From contig NC_043000.1 of assembly GCF_006345805.1 (NCBI RefSeq), positions 3,596,001-3,660,000 of the forward strand: a stretch of 64,000 nt of DNA, given 5' to 3'. Positions 13,590 through 27,192 of the stretch are shown here, piece by piece; position 1 is the stretch's first letter; every line of letters starts with the position of its first letter. The translations under genes and the position numbers were made by a program. The notes beneath the pieces were generated by a model. That model made no database searches. It was given only the letters and a program-made list of their open reading frames with translations, and was not told the DNA's origin. This DNA comes from Octopus sinensis (lineage: Eukaryota).

Positions 13590-13900
13590 CATCATCAACA
13601 ACTACAAGGCAAATGGCATGAATTAATAGAAACAAGCTTCTGGTGCAAGTCATGAATGTAGTTATAAAAATCATCATAAAATTTGCATACATAAGTGACA
13701 CTTTTAATTTGTGCCAGAATGTGGAATCATAGATGTCATTTTATAAAGGCAGCTTCAAGAGAAATTTGTAATGGTTCTTCTTTGCATTCATCCACCTGGA
13801 GAAGGCTTGTGAATGGGTTGTAGCCTCTTATGTTTGGCAAGCACTGAGAATGCAGAGAGCAAATAGCCTATGAAAACCAATTCAGACCATATATGAAAGT
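13590..13900 (+). pseudogene. Decayed RTE-clade reverse transcriptase fragment
   Basis: Reads ...RQLQEKF...FFAFIHLEKACEWV, resembling RTE RQLQEK..L..AFVDLEKAFD.V. Confidence 0.6.
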
Positions 13901-13967
13901 GCTGTAAGGGTAGCAGTTAATTTCATCTGTAATTTCCTGCATATGTAGGTGTTTTCTAGGGCTTGCG

Positions 13968-14388
13968 TACTCTTACTCTTTTTTACTCTTTTACTTGTTT
14001 CAGTCATTTGACTGTGGCCATGCTGGAGCACCGCCTTTAGTCGAGCAAATCGACCCCAGGACTTATTCTTTGTAAGCCTAGTACTTATTCTATCGATCTC
14101 TTTTGCCGAACCGCTAAGTTACGGGGACATAAACACACCAGCATCAGTTATCAAGCGATGTTGTTGGAGGGAGACAAACACAGACACACAAACACACACA
14201 CATATATATACGTATACATATATACGACGAGCTTCTTTCAGTTTCCGCCTACCAAATCCACTCACAAGGCTTTGGTTGGCTCGAGGCTATAGTAGAAGAC
14301 ACTTGCCCAAGGTGCCACGCAGTGGGACTGAACCCAGAACCATGTGGTTGGTAAGCAAGCTACTTACCACACAGCCACTCCTGCACCT
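13968..14388 (-). mobile_element. SINE family A, full length
   Basis: Reverse complement of the family A consensus with (TACTCTT)n tail. Confidence 0.9.
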
Positions 14389-16143
14389 ATCCCTACTTTC
14401 ATTATAGTTTTAAAGTCATAATGCAGGATTTAAAAATACCATTGTTTTTATATGGAATGAAACTGATTCTCATTTCAGAAATGTGGCAAAAATTGGTTTG
14501 GTCTAGAAGAATGGCCAGGTCAACATATCAGCATGGTTCAAACCAAAGTATTAACGAGCAAGAGATATCACAAAATTCTGATGCCATTTGGGAAGTGACA
14601 TTATGCAGTGCAACTGACTGTTTGCATTGAGTACACAAAGTACTTACTTTTTATGTGTTTTGAGGGTTGGTTAAGTGTTCAACATCTAACTACTAATCAC
14701 ACAATCATGAAGTTGGAGATGATAAATACTTTCATTTGGGTGGACAGAAAAAAATGAATTAATGTTCATTGCTACCAAGCTTCCCAAGCAGTTACCTCTT
14801 GAAGCACTAATCAGTGTGGATACTGTTTAGAGCTGGAATAAAGAACACTAAAGTGTTGGTGAATATAGTATGATAATGTGAGTGAAGCAATTAAAGGGAT
14901 ATATTTGACCCATTCTACCATATCTTTTACTCTTCACAAAGACAATATTGTGTCACTTTGTCTCCATCTTTTCCGCATGGCCACGTGTCATCAACTGAAG
15001 ACTCAAACAATTCCATTCATAAGAAAATATCTAAGACTAACTTTACAAAAGTCTACAGTTTTGACATTATACACATATAAGTTAGGGTTGTTTTAGTACA
15101 TTCATTAGACTGTTCAGAGTCACATGAGCCTAGTTTTATCTAAGAATGACAATTTGCTGAATATTCTCATTAACCATCAAACAATATTATATCTATTAAA
15201 ATGTTCAGATTACAGAATCAGAATGTTGATATTATAGAGTTAGAATGAGGAGTTTTCTCTTTTTCTTCATCTGATAATCTGATTAATAGTCAGACACATG
15301 AGTGAATATAGATATTCTTTATAGTCTATAATTCATTTTAGCATCTATAACTCATATACAATGGTCTCCTAATCCAATATTCTTGTATTAATCTATTAGT
15401 TTAGGTTTTCTATAGTTTGATCAGCAGGTAAGTAAAAGAAAAAACTGTCTGTCAATGTGATATCAAGAAGTTAATTTTTTTTTAAATGATCTATATTATA
15501 CAGAAGTGAGTGTTAATTTCTTTTGATTGATTACAAGTCTCTGAACATTGTAAGCAAATTGACTAGTGACCTAATTAACCATCTCCAATTATAAGTATCG
15601 AAGTTGCTTGTCTCCAACCATGAAAGACAAAGACTGAGAATTATACTCATTTAACCTTATCTTCTAAATATATATCAAATATTTTCTCAGCTAGCAGGAC
15701 TTGAAATCAGAACTATAATATTATGTATTCTGTTTGCATTCTTTGAACCTGCGACTGTCAGTTTTCATAATTTTTTCTTTTTCTTTTATTGTAAACAAAC
15801 AGAATCATAAAAGACAATAGACTGTCATACAGTGTGGTTGCATAACATTATTTACAATGCAATATGACAATATGCTTGGATGAATAGCAATACTCTTCCT
15901 ATCTATTTCCATTGTGTGTGAAAATCTATCTGAAGTGTTCTGGGAGACACTGGTCATATTCAATATATTTATTTTCTCTTTCATTGCTGATTCAGTTCTT
16001 GCAGTAAACTGTATAATATGAATTCTGTAATATACAGATAGGATTCCCAATGCTACCTCCTTATGGTTAAATATACTGATGAATTTAGATTGAGCAATTT
16101 CCATTTATAACACACACATCCACACACACATATATTACATATA

Positions 16144-16205
<62 letters not shown>

Positions 16206-18326
16206 GTGACAAAATTTAAAATCAACACAGTCACTTGACCTTTTAGAAACTGATGTCAGTATCCACCAAAACATATCATAGTCTTTTAAAAAATGAAGAA
16301 CATATTGAATAATGTAATCCTGGATATACTACAGCTAAATACAAGATGGGTTCATAAGTCAGTTTGATCAGGTCTGATCTAGATGAAGCAACAACATCAT
16401 GACATTTTATTTTTATTATTCAAACACTGTTTGCTTGTTCAAAATTTATCGTGCTTGTCAATAATTGTCTTTTCTTCTACATTTCAATAAAAAAAAAAGA
16501 GTTTAATTTTAGAAGATTTGTTTGCTTAATAAGGTTCTGCACTTGGTCATTTATTCTTGTAGATAGGATGGCTACCAAAATAAAACAATAAAATATCCAA
16601 TGACAATTGGTCTACATAGTATGAAAAAATAATAAGGTGAATGTAATTTACTGTTAAATAAATCATGGGGGAAATATCTTAACTAAATATACCCAAATAA
16701 ACAGATATTTTCTCGAATTAGATATAATAATTGATACTCCATTAGGTGTTTGCTTAGAATTACTATATCTGTTACTACAATCAACCAATATTTACTTGGT
16801 TAATATGAAGAGTTAGTATATATATCCAGAGTTAATAAAATTAATCATTAACCCTGTTACATGATATCAATCTTAATGGTCTCTTATGGTAACTTCAAAT
16901 GCACACACACACACACGGACACACACACATACACCATGTATGTGTGTGTGTAACAGTGGCAAAGATACATCTTAAAGATGAGACTTCCTGCTGAGAGCAA
17001 GAAAATACTTCAGCTCTGACTGGGTGTTGATCTTCTGTTACATTCAAGCAAAACCCACATTGGATTACTGCTAACAACATGGTGATGTTGCCACACACAC
17101 ACACACACACAATTTAAATCATATCAAAGAGATAGCAATTATAACTAATTGGTAAAGATTCAATCACCAAGACACTAATTATTGATTTACAAGCATAATG
17201 TTTCTTCTGCAACAGTGGCTTCCACTCCTCTGAGCTAGTGAGTTGCATGCCCTCCTCCATCTTGGATCATCTGTTTCTTTTCCTCTCATCACTTCTACTA
17301 TATTACATCTCCCAGATCTTGCATTAAAATATTATTTTCCTACAGACATAAACCACATCAATCTCACCAATCTGCAAAGGTCATTCCTCCTTTGATTATC
17401 TCACAAAAAAAATATAAGCAGAAAAAAACGAACTTAAAGATGCTAAAAGATGGTGATTCTATTATGCTAACAGGACAGATTCTTTTAAAATATCCATTGC
17501 AGGGGATGAATTAACATCACAGGGTGTTAATCCACACAATTTATTGAAGCCTGCAAAGGTCAGGGAAACCACCTTTTCACCTCTTATTAACCTATATATT
17601 TAAAAAATTCCTTCAAATTGACATGTGTTGCATTTCAAATGAATGATGTGGAATTTCTCACTCAAATACTAAAATATATTTTTTAATCAACAGTTTAAAT
17701 TTAATATAGTGTACATTGTTGGAGTTCATGGTTTACTACAACATATCAATAGAATTAGAAGTGAACTGTACCAAGTCAAAATTTTTTTAAATGTTAGAGG
17801 TTTATAAAATTTCACAGGCTGTTGGAACAAATTGGTTAAATACATCATTTTTGAATTCTAACTTCCCAGTTATGCTGTCATCTAAGCTACTAATGTGTCC
17901 TTGCAGATTGAGAAGAATGTATCACCAAAGTAAAGACCATGTTGCAAAGTTACAAAGAAGTAATTACAAGAGCATAGAAGATCACTTCTTTAAAAATCCA
18001 TCCATATTCACAAAATATTTCCCACCATAAAGTGTAGTTTAGTATGGTTAGCTATCAGTTTAAATTTGATCACTTAGGCTTACTAGAGCAGATAATCATA
18101 CCAGGATTACTTTGATGTGAGGGAACATAAATCTGCCAAACATACTCCACATCAATTATAGCTAGAGTTAGTATTAATTTACCTGAATTATTTTGAATTT
18201 GTTCAGTAAAACTTTTGTTAATCCCTTGTAATCATCTTTCCGTCAAATAAATCAATTCTTTTGAAATATTAAATACAAATTTTCTATAATTCATATTTCA
18301 AACTTCTAACTTTTTCTGTCTTAAAG

Positions 18327-18470
18327 GAGCAATTTGGAATTTCAAAATGGCGAGAAAATGAATTTGATTCTTATGAAGTTGAACAAATTAATAGCTGGTG
18401 CCTGATGAATATTCATCATTCTGATCAGTCAAAAATTGATTATCTTCTTAAATGCAGCCAACAAATTTGA
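18327..18470 (+). CDS. Candidate exon (EQFGISKWRENEFDSYEVEQINSW...)
   Basis: Strong acceptor ctaactttttctgtcttaaag and 47 stop-free codons; no convincing donor. Confidence 0.2.
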   Translation, partial: EQFGISKWRENEFDSYEVEQINSWCLMNIHHSDQSKIDYLLKCSQQI

Positions 18471-19134
18471 ATTATCTACAAGAAATCATGTTAAGAGCTC
18501 CTTGCTTTAGGATTTGAAACAACTTAATGCCTTAATAATGCAATTACCTGATGCTCATAAGATGAAACTATAATGCTAATGCTTCTGTTTTTAAATATGA
18601 GACAAAAATTTGTTGCCAAAAATGTGATCTTTGGCAGTTGAAAACAAAACATCTCTCAATACCTCTTTCAGTTGTACAAACAGATACGATTATCATCTGC
18701 ACAAAGTAGGTTTCCAACTTGCTATTCTAGACATGTTTTACAAAACATTGCCAATTTTTAGACAAATAGTTGATATCTTAAGGTTAAGCACAATGCCAAT
18801 ATTCACAGTGGTAATATATATAGTTTGGAGAGTTAACTTCAGTATATTATTTATATTTTTTACATTGACTCTGAAAGGATAAAAGGCAAAAGTGACCCTT
18901 GGACAGATTTTAATTCAAAATGTACAGAAATAGTCTGCTGACTTCCAGCCATTTATGTACAAAATTTATTGAAATGGTAACTCAATAATATTCTGATGTC
19001 TGTGACATTTAGAAAATGCTAGGTAAATCTTCTACAAAGTTCTTAGCCAGTGGATAAAAATATGTAGTGGTTCACTTTTTATTTCTTATCTATAGAAAAA
19101 TTCTCATCAAACAAGATAAATTTGTTTATTTTCA

Positions 19135-19325
19135 TTATCATCATCATTAACATGTTTTCTATGCTGGTGTGGGTTGGACAGTTTGACTGGAATTGGTAAG
19201 GCTGGAGGCCACACCTGATTCTGTTGTCTGTTCTAGCATGGTTTCTACATCTGGATGCCTTTCCTAATGCCAACCACTTTACAGTATGTACTGGGTGCTT
19301 TTTATGTGGCACCAGCACCAGTGCT
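19135..19325 (-). mobile_element. 5'-truncated RTE 3' end with (ATG)n tail
   Basis: (CAT)n followed by GGATGCCTTTCCTAATGCCAACCAC, shared with other copies. Confidence 0.75.
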
Positions 19326-20970
19326 TATGACTTTATAAATTTTAAAAAACTGTTTACACTAATTCAGACAATTAATAATTTACTAAACTTAAGCATATCT
19401 TTTCAGAGATTTGTGGTCCGTGGACCAAGATATATGGTAGTCTCAAACAAAATTTTTAAAAAATGGTTAAGAAAATACAATTAGACAGTAGACAAAGATG
19501 TATGATAGTCTACAAAAAGGTCTTAGATTGTGCATAAGAATATATAGTGATCTGTAGCAAAGTTCTGTAGCCAAAATTATATAATGTACTAAAACAAAGG
19601 TTTTAGTGGACAAAGGCTTTAGTGTATAAACATATATACAGTATCTATAAATAAGCTCTTAAGACAAAAGACAAATATATATGGTGCTTCTAACAAAGTT
19701 TTTAGACAATAGACAAATAAATAAGAGGTCATGTCTATTGCAAAGATCTTAGATATAGAAGAAAGGTATTTAAATGCCAGTTGAATCAGTAAGAAGTGGT
19801 TTTGTCATCCATAATGTAGAAAACAATTGATCACTAGCCACACAAACTTATAAATTCAATCATCTTATTGATTAGATAAAAATCTCATGTGAAAATATTT
19901 GTGGCAGTTCTTAGTGGAGAAATATAATTAATAAGCCCTTATGGAGTTAAATAGGACCAAATCTCAAAATATGAATATTTTCTGTAATTTTGTATTTATA
20001 TCACATGTTAGTTATGAAGATTTGTTCAAAGCATAGACTCCATGGAAACATATTCCACATTTCTTAATTGATTCCATTGATAATTCAGTTTATATTTTAA
20101 TCCAAACTAAAATTTATCCTTTTTCTTTTTTTTTAGTTTAAAGTTGAAAATATGCATACTCTGTTTAGTATCTGCTAATGAACTGTTTAAAATTGGATGC
20201 CTCCGGTATTTATAAGAGCAATCTCCTATTATGACCTTAGTGTGATCTTATGATCATTATAGCTAGTCTTAATTCTCAATTCTCTCTCATATTACTTGGG
20301 CCTAAGATATGACTACTGTCATTCAGCCATGTCACATTTGTATTTTACTGATTGTTTTTTTTTTTAATTGTAAGTTTGAACATTGATATTTGAAATTGAA
20401 GTCTATTACATTTCATGTGGATGGCATCTCTAGACAATTTTACTCCCCTGTACTAATAAATGTTTTATCTCGTACATTTACTTAGTGATTCTTTCATTAG
20501 CACTTTGTCAAATGTAGCGAAAGCTCTGCTTTTGTTATTGACATCAGAATAAGCCCGTAACATGTCTTAAGTTGTCTGTCGTACTTGCTGTTGGTAAAAT
20601 AAAAATAACATTATCTTTTTATAATAACTTTTTTTACTTTACTGTGTATTTATTTCTGGGTGGCTTCTTAATGCATCGTGCATTAAATATGTTAACACTA
20701 ACTTATCTACTGTCACAATGTTTATATTAAGTTTGCTCTAAGATTCACAGATTTGCTGAAATTACACCATTTCTTTCAGAGCTTAAATAAAGAGTGCTAA
20801 TCTGTCGCAACATGTGAAATACACTGATGGCAATACAATTATCAGCTATTGTGATAGTAAGTTTTTAGAGAGGCATGGCATTATGTCCACTTTATTTATA
20901 CAGATAAAATGTTCCAGTGACAGGTTTTATCTGTAATAACCTTGAATGCTAATTTCGTTTAAACTTGGGA

Positions 20971-21440
20971 ATCATCATCATCATCATCATCATCGTTTAA
21001 CGTCCGCTTTCCATGCTAGCATGGGTTGGACGGTTCAACTGGGGTCTGGCAAGCCCGGAGGCTGCACCATGCCAGTCAGCTCTGGCAGTGTTTCTACAGC
21101 TGGATGCCCTTCCTAACGCCAACCACTCCGAGAGTGTAGTGGGTGATTTTATGTGCCACCGACACAGGTGCCAGATGAGGCTGGCAGACGGCCACGCTCG
21201 GATGGTGTTTTTTATGTGCCACTGACACAGGTTCCAGATGAGGCTGGCAGATGGCCACGCTCGGATGGTGTTTTCGGTGTTTTCTTATGTGCCACCGACA
21301 CAGGTGCCAGACGAGGCTGGCGAACGGCCACGATCGGATGGTGTTTGTTACATGCCCACAGCACGGAGGCCAGTCGATGCGGTACTGGCTACAGTCCCAT
21401 TCGGATGGTTTTCTTATGTGCCACCAGCACTGGTACCACA
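20971..21440 (-). mobile_element. RTE 3' UTR fragment with internal ~62-bp tandem units
   Basis: (CAT)n-CGTTTAACGTCCGCTTTCCATGCTAGCATGGG; units recur near 21147, 21210 and 21283. Confidence 0.85.
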
Positions 21441-21794
21441 AGAATACAAATTCCATTGATGTTCATGACTATGAATATGACTGAATAATTCTTGAGAGTT
21501 AGTGGAAGGAGATAAGACACTGATTTATAATGCATATTGAAGAGAAAAGGAACTTATGAAAAGGGAGGCAAACAGTTGATATTGCAAATCTGTGTAAACT
21601 TCGACTCAACCTGTCTAAATCAAAGTATAGCAGACTACACTGAACTAAATACTCAAAAGAATTTATTTTACTTTCTTTAAGGTTCAAATTAATCAGGTCT
21701 GACTTGGCTTTTCTCTTGCTGGTTGTGGCTGGGATTGATTAAAAGTATTATATATATATATATATATATATATATCTTTCTCATAAGAATAGTT

Positions 21795-22176
21795 CATCAT
21801 CATCATCATCGTTTAATGTCCGCTTTCCATGCTAGCATGGGTTGGACGGTTCAACTGGGGTCTGGGAAGCCAGAAGGCTGCACCAGGCCCAGTCTGATCT
21901 GGTAGTGTTTCTACAGATGGATGCCCTTCCTAACACCAACCACTCCATGAGTGTAGTGGGTGCTTTTTACGTGCCACCAGCACAGGAGCCAGACGAGGCT
22001 GGAAAACAGCCACGATCGGATGGTGCTTTTTATGTGCCACTGGTACGGAGACCAGACGAGGCTGGCAACGGTCATGATCAGATGGTGCTTTTTACATGCC
22101 ACCGGCACGGAGTCCAGTCAGGGCGGTGCTGGCTACAGCCACAATCGGATGGTTCTCTTATGTGCCACCGGCACTG
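21795..22176 (-). mobile_element. RTE 3' UTR fragment
   Basis: Same family as 20971 with fewer internal units. Confidence 0.85.
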
Positions 22177-22429
22177 AAGTCACCACTGCATTTGATAACT
22201 GAGTTGATCATTATTCAAGGGCAAATGATGATGAAAACTTCTTCAATTCGATCTTGAAATTTATAACTGCTGAAGTTGCAGCATTAGAAAGTGGTGTTAC
22301 ATTAAACACAGCCAACATTTTGTAGTGGCCTGAATAACTTTGTGGTTTCATAGTGATGTAAAAACTGCACAAACAGAAACATCAGATTCAAATACAACAT
22401 ATCTCATATTAAAGATCTTAACAAACATC

Positions 22430-22860
22430 AATGCACACAACACTGTCACACAACAAGATCACCATCACACAACCACATTACCATGACACGACTACAGCAT
22501 TATCACCATACAATTACAACATTGTCACACAACAGCAACATCACTATCTCAAAACTACAACACTATAACACAATCATATAATCATCATTATTACACAACA
22601 ATAAGATATAATCATACAACTACATTGTTGCCATACAGGAACAGTGTCACACAGCTACAAAAGATTCCCATTCAACTACATCATCAACACAAAATTGCAT
22701 TATCATGCAACCACATCATCATCAAACAACTACATCATTGCCATAATATCATCATCACACAACTGCATTACCATCTTAATACAGCCACAACATCATCATC
22801 ACACAACTAGCACATCATTACACAACACTATCATCGCAACTACTACATTGATCCCACCCT
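22430..22860. repeat. Degenerate (ACA/CAT)-rich low-complexity tract
   Basis: Recurrent CACAACAACATCATCATCACAC-like motifs with very few G on the + strand. Confidence 0.8.
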
Positions 22861-23833
22861 GAAATATCTCTCAAGGAACAACAAACTATCCCACCTAATA
22901 AGCATCATTCTGCTATAGCATTATACAACATCAACACATCAAGTCACAAAGCTATAAAACATCCACCAGTTTACATAAAAACACTTGTCAAATCATTCTC
23001 AAGATTCAAGATAAATTTGATTGACACTACTTCACTGACAAAGTTACTATGGAGCTAATAGCATCAATGAAACAAATGAAATTCTCACAGAAAGCATCTT
23101 AGCAGACAGAAAATACATCCAAAAGGAAAATTACACGAGTGCCTGCCATTAGCAGAACACACAAAGAATACTAATCTAACAAAATAATAAAACAACGAAT
23201 GCTCACTTAGCTACACTAAAATATTTCAAACTTAAACACTAACATAAATGCAACCATACATAAACAGAAACACTGTAGTAGCACCTAGAACAAGTATTTT
23301 TATAATAAATATTTATTTTTGATAATTATTTCACTAATTGAGAATGAAGCTAGCTACCTCTGAGAAAGTGAGTGCAAAAAAAAAAAAAAAATTTCCCACT
23401 CAATTTAATCAGCAACTCTAGTTGCTTTTAATGGAGTGGGTGGGAAAAAAATGCCTTTAGGTTTTAGTTACATCTCTGTATGTTCTAAGCTAAAATTCCA
23501 CCCGGACTGACATTGCCTTTTATTACTATGTGATCAATGAAATAGACACCAGTCAAGGACTGAGGTTAACATAATTTACCATTCCCTCCTTCAACAGCCA
23601 CAGCCAATTGCCTGAGTTAAAAATTGTTGTTCTTCTTGTTGTTCTTGTTCTTCTTCTTCTAATCATCATCATCTTCTCTTCTGAGCAATATGGGATTTCC
23701 TGTTTCTGTAAGTTCTATGTTTTTCTGCTATTTTTTCTTCACCTAAAAGGAATACACTTTGTTTTTCCTTGATAACTTTTTGATAAGCTAACAAACATTA
23801 CAGAGGTGCAGTTTTTCTGTTAAAAATCACCTC

Positions 23834-23891
23834 CTACGGGACGTTTCCATCAAGGAAATCGGTAATTTCGTAAAAATTAAAAACATTTTTT
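23834..23891 (-). CDS. Candidate exon (KNVFNFYEITDFLDGNVP* in one phase)
   Basis: Very strong minus-strand polypyrimidine acceptor (T-rich...cttcaacag) and a CpG cluster; frame ambiguous. Confidence 0.25.
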
Positions 23892-24710
23892 CTGTTGAAG
23901 AAAAAAAAAAAACGGATGCTAGAAAACAAACAAAAAAAAAACCCATCATGATGTTTACAGTGGATGGAGACAATTCTAAGAGAGAGGAGGAGAAAAAGTG
24001 TTCAGGATTTTTTTGATTCAAGAACAAACAGTTGTAAGGTCACCATGACAACGAAAGACTTTGATGCCATTTCCAAAGCCACCTCTACTGTTATGCTAAC
24101 ATCACTGCACAGTAATGAGAGTAGCAATAACACAACCACCTCCCACCACCAACTCAAGCTGATTGAATAACTTCAGGGAAAACCTTCACTGCCATCTCCA
24201 TAGTTGGCCTCCGAAACCAACAACAATCACAACAGCACAATATGCGACAAGCAACAATATCTCCACTACTATAATAAGAAAACAAATTTTCCAACAGCTA
24301 TTAACATTGGCAATATTGCCTCCACCACTGGCCCTGCCACCAACAAGAGTAACACTTCCACCAACACCATCACCATAACTGTGGTTCCCAACATAGACAA
24401 GTTGATGCCATTTGCAAGCGCTGTGCAGTGGTGCAGTATTCACTCGCTACAGGACAGATGTACCACTCTAGGACAAGCTGGCCCACAGACAATGGCAGTG
24501 TGTATAATTCTTACTGCCCATAGAGATTACAGCCTACTATTATTCATGCTAGTCATGCAGACTCATATGTAATATGAAACCATCAAATCAGTTGCTTCTC
24601 ACATGGTAGCTGTTGTCTCTGAAATATTGCATTTTGCAGAAAGCCATTTTGCAGAAAGCCATTTTGCAGATTATTAGTATCACTATGCCTAAGTGAAATA
24701 ATAAATAATA

Positions 24711-24745
<35 letters not shown>

Positions 24746-24788
24746 TAATAATAATGATAATAATAATAGTAATAATAATAATAATAAT

Positions 24789-25282
24789 ATATCATGTACA
24801 TTGTTTTGTCTTGGTATAAAAGATGGGCTACAGCAAATATTCTGCTCAATACCACAGATTTGCTTGTCAGTTGTTTGACCTTAACCAGTTGAGCATGTCC
24901 CTTAGTGGCTGACGATATGTGCATCTCTGATCACGAGCAGAAGTAGTGGGGGAGCATCATAGCCATGTGTTGAGAGGGATTCTTTGGGGTTTGAATAGTT
25001 CACCTCTGGAAACATGGGTGGTTCTTTCAACATCCTTAAACAACCCTTATTCAGGGACCGTTTGAGCGGGATGGGCTACTCAACCTGAAGAAAATTCTAA
25101 CTGGGCCCCACCTGCAAGGTCATGTGCTGTTTATCTTAATATGAGATCACCATGTCGCGCACATATGGTTGTGATGCATGTGCCTGGTGTACCTTTATCA
25201 GACGGGTAGTCATGATGGGTATATTGGGCTTCGTATATTTTACCCCAGTGTCACTTTGATGGCATGAACTGCTCTCTCACTC
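24789..25282 (+). mobile_element. ~490-bp non-coding element embedded in (AAT)n
   Basis: Flanked on both sides by (AAT)n; its last 46 bp recur at 25313-25358 after another (AAT)n. No ORF and no tRNA head seen. Confidence 0.6.
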
Positions 25283-25313
<31 letters not shown>

Positions 25314-25401
25314 TTTTACCCCAGTGTCACTTTGATGGCATGCACTGCTCTCTCACTCAATAATAATAATAATAATAATGATAATAATAATAATAATAAT
25401 G

Positions 25402-25433
<32 letters not shown>

Positions 25434-25467
25434 TAATAATAAAAACAATAATAATAATAATAATAAT

Positions 25468-25926
25468 AATGAGTAGGTCTTTATATTTTTTTTTTTTTTG
25501 ACAAGCTCAGAAAATATAAAGACCTACTCATTGAAATTGAGAAAATGTGGCATCTCAAGGCGGTTACAATACCAGTGATCGTAGGAGCACTAGGAATGAT
25601 CAAGAAGGGAACCGAAAATTATATGAGAATGATCCCTGGCTTACCATCCCTGCAAGAAGTGCAAAAGATTGTCTTAACTGGTACATCACACGTATTGAGA
25701 AGAGCATTGTCGATGTGAGAACTGTTGCTGCTCATGTATTTTAATTTAACTTTAAAAAAAAAAAAATTTTTTTTAAATGAACGAACTATTGAGTTTGGTT
25801 TAATGGCCTACCAATGTATACAATGTATACTATGAGTTTCTTTGCCCTAGGAGTCGGGAAGACACTCGGCAAGAAATGGAAGCAAATTTGAAAGAAGAAA
25901 AAAAAAAGTAATAATAATAATAATGA
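25468..25926 (+). mobile_element. 5'-truncated R4/Dong-clade retrotransposon in (TAA)n
   Basis: C-terminal restriction-like endonuclease ORF, a 3' UTR, then (TAA)n; (AAT)n also lies upstream. Confidence 0.85.
25497..25718 (+). pseudogene. R4/Dong ORF C-terminus (RLE domain end)
   Basis: FDKLRKYKDLLIEIEKMWHLKAVTIPVIVGALGMIKKG...VLRRALSM*, with the K..KY..L and P.IVGALG motifs of R2-group RLEs. Confidence 0.85.
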
Positions 25927-26212
25927 TACAAACACACACATACACATACAAACACATGCATATCCACATACACACACGAAAAATGTATCTTTTGTCTTTT
26001 ACTTGTTTCAGTCATTAGACTGCAACCATGCTGGGGTACCACCCTGAAGAATTTTAGTCAACCCCAGTACTTATTCTTTTGTTAAGCCTGGCACTTAATT
26101 CTATCAGTATCTTTTGCCAAACCACTAAGTTATGGGGACATAATCACACCAACCCTGGTTGTCAAGTGGTGATGAGAGACAAACACAGACACCAAGACAC
26201 ACACACACAATA

Positions 26213-26400
26213 TCTATTATATAAAATCCGTTCTGTCTGTCTGTCTGTGTGTGTGTCTTCTAGGATCTCAGGCATCCTCCATCCGATTGCGCTCAAATTT
26301 GATATGTAGATATTGATGGTATCAGGGTGTGTATAAGTCTTGAAAAAATTACAAAACTCGATTCCAGGTGAGAATGCGATCAATAAAGTGAATAAAATCA
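26213..26400 (+). mobile_element. Non-autonomous Helitron 5' part
   Basis: A|TCTATTATATAAAA start, (CTGT)n, and CCGATTGCGCTCAAATTTG typical of such Helitrons; no 3' CTAG hairpin found. Confidence 0.55.
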
Positions 26401-26596
26401 TTTTTCTTTGGAATAGAAAAAAAGTATCTTTATTTCTTCTTTTGCTGGTGTCTCAAATTTAAGTTAAATCAGTGTTTCTCAAAGGGGAGGCCTATGGGAC
26501 GGTCAGACAAGTTGTTTTGAGAAAATTTGGTTTAAATGTTGGACAACTCAGCACCATCCATTGAACGGGGGGGAGGGGGCATTTTGCTCATATATA

Positions 26597-26909
26597 TATA
26601 AATAAATTAGTAACAATTGATGGATAGGTGTCAATTCGTTAGTCATTTCTAACGAATCTTTTAATTGGTCAATGAGTACATCATATCATTATAAAAAAAC
26701 ATTTTCATCAGACGAATACATGAATTTTACAATCAAAGACATTTAAAAGAATTTATTTTAATGTTCTTGTTTGTAAAATTCATGTATTCATCTGATGGAA
26801 ACGGTTTTTTTATAATGATATAATGCACTAATTGATCAATTAAAAAATTTGTTAGCAATGGCTGTAATGAATTGACATGTATCCATCAATTGCTACTTAT
26901 TTATTTATA
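26597..26909. mobile_element. Fold-back/MITE-like imperfect palindrome (~150-bp arms)
   Basis: ACAATTGATGGATA...GAATACATGAATTTTACAA is mirrored by TTGTAAAATTCATGTATTC...TATCCATCAATTG. Confidence 0.75.
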
Positions 26910-27192
26910 ATTCACCTCCCTCAGAATCTGCTCCTCATGTGATTCAAAGTATATTATGGACTGTGCATTTAATAAAATGTATGTTTGTGATTAGCTCAAG
27001 AGCTGATTATATACTCAGTTCGGTCATTATATACTCAATTAATTGCATACATTACCCGAATATCATTACCCAATACCATGAATCTATGTTGGTATTTGTC
27101 TATAATTGTTGTGCATGCATTTTATTTTGACCTAACCAGGTGTCTTACCTTTAAGTACTTTATTCAAATGAATCTTCACATATATATAAAAA

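Noticed and set aside
15805-16104. 99-aa minus-strand ORF
   Set aside because: No recognisable motif or convincing splice boundaries.
21147-21350. Repeat array as possible CRISPR
   Set aside because: Head-to-tail units without unique spacers, and no cas genes.
21013-22202. Cluster of GC-rich overlapping ORFs
   Set aside because: They arise from RTE 3' UTR tandem units, not coding sequence.
23826-23842. ATCACCTCCT (anti-Shine-Dalgarno-like) and CCTACGGGA (16S primer-like)
   Set aside because: No surrounding rRNA similarity; short chance matches in eukaryotic DNA.
22430-24400. His/Thr/Asn-rich ORFs
   Set aside because: Low-complexity tracts that lack stop codons by composition.
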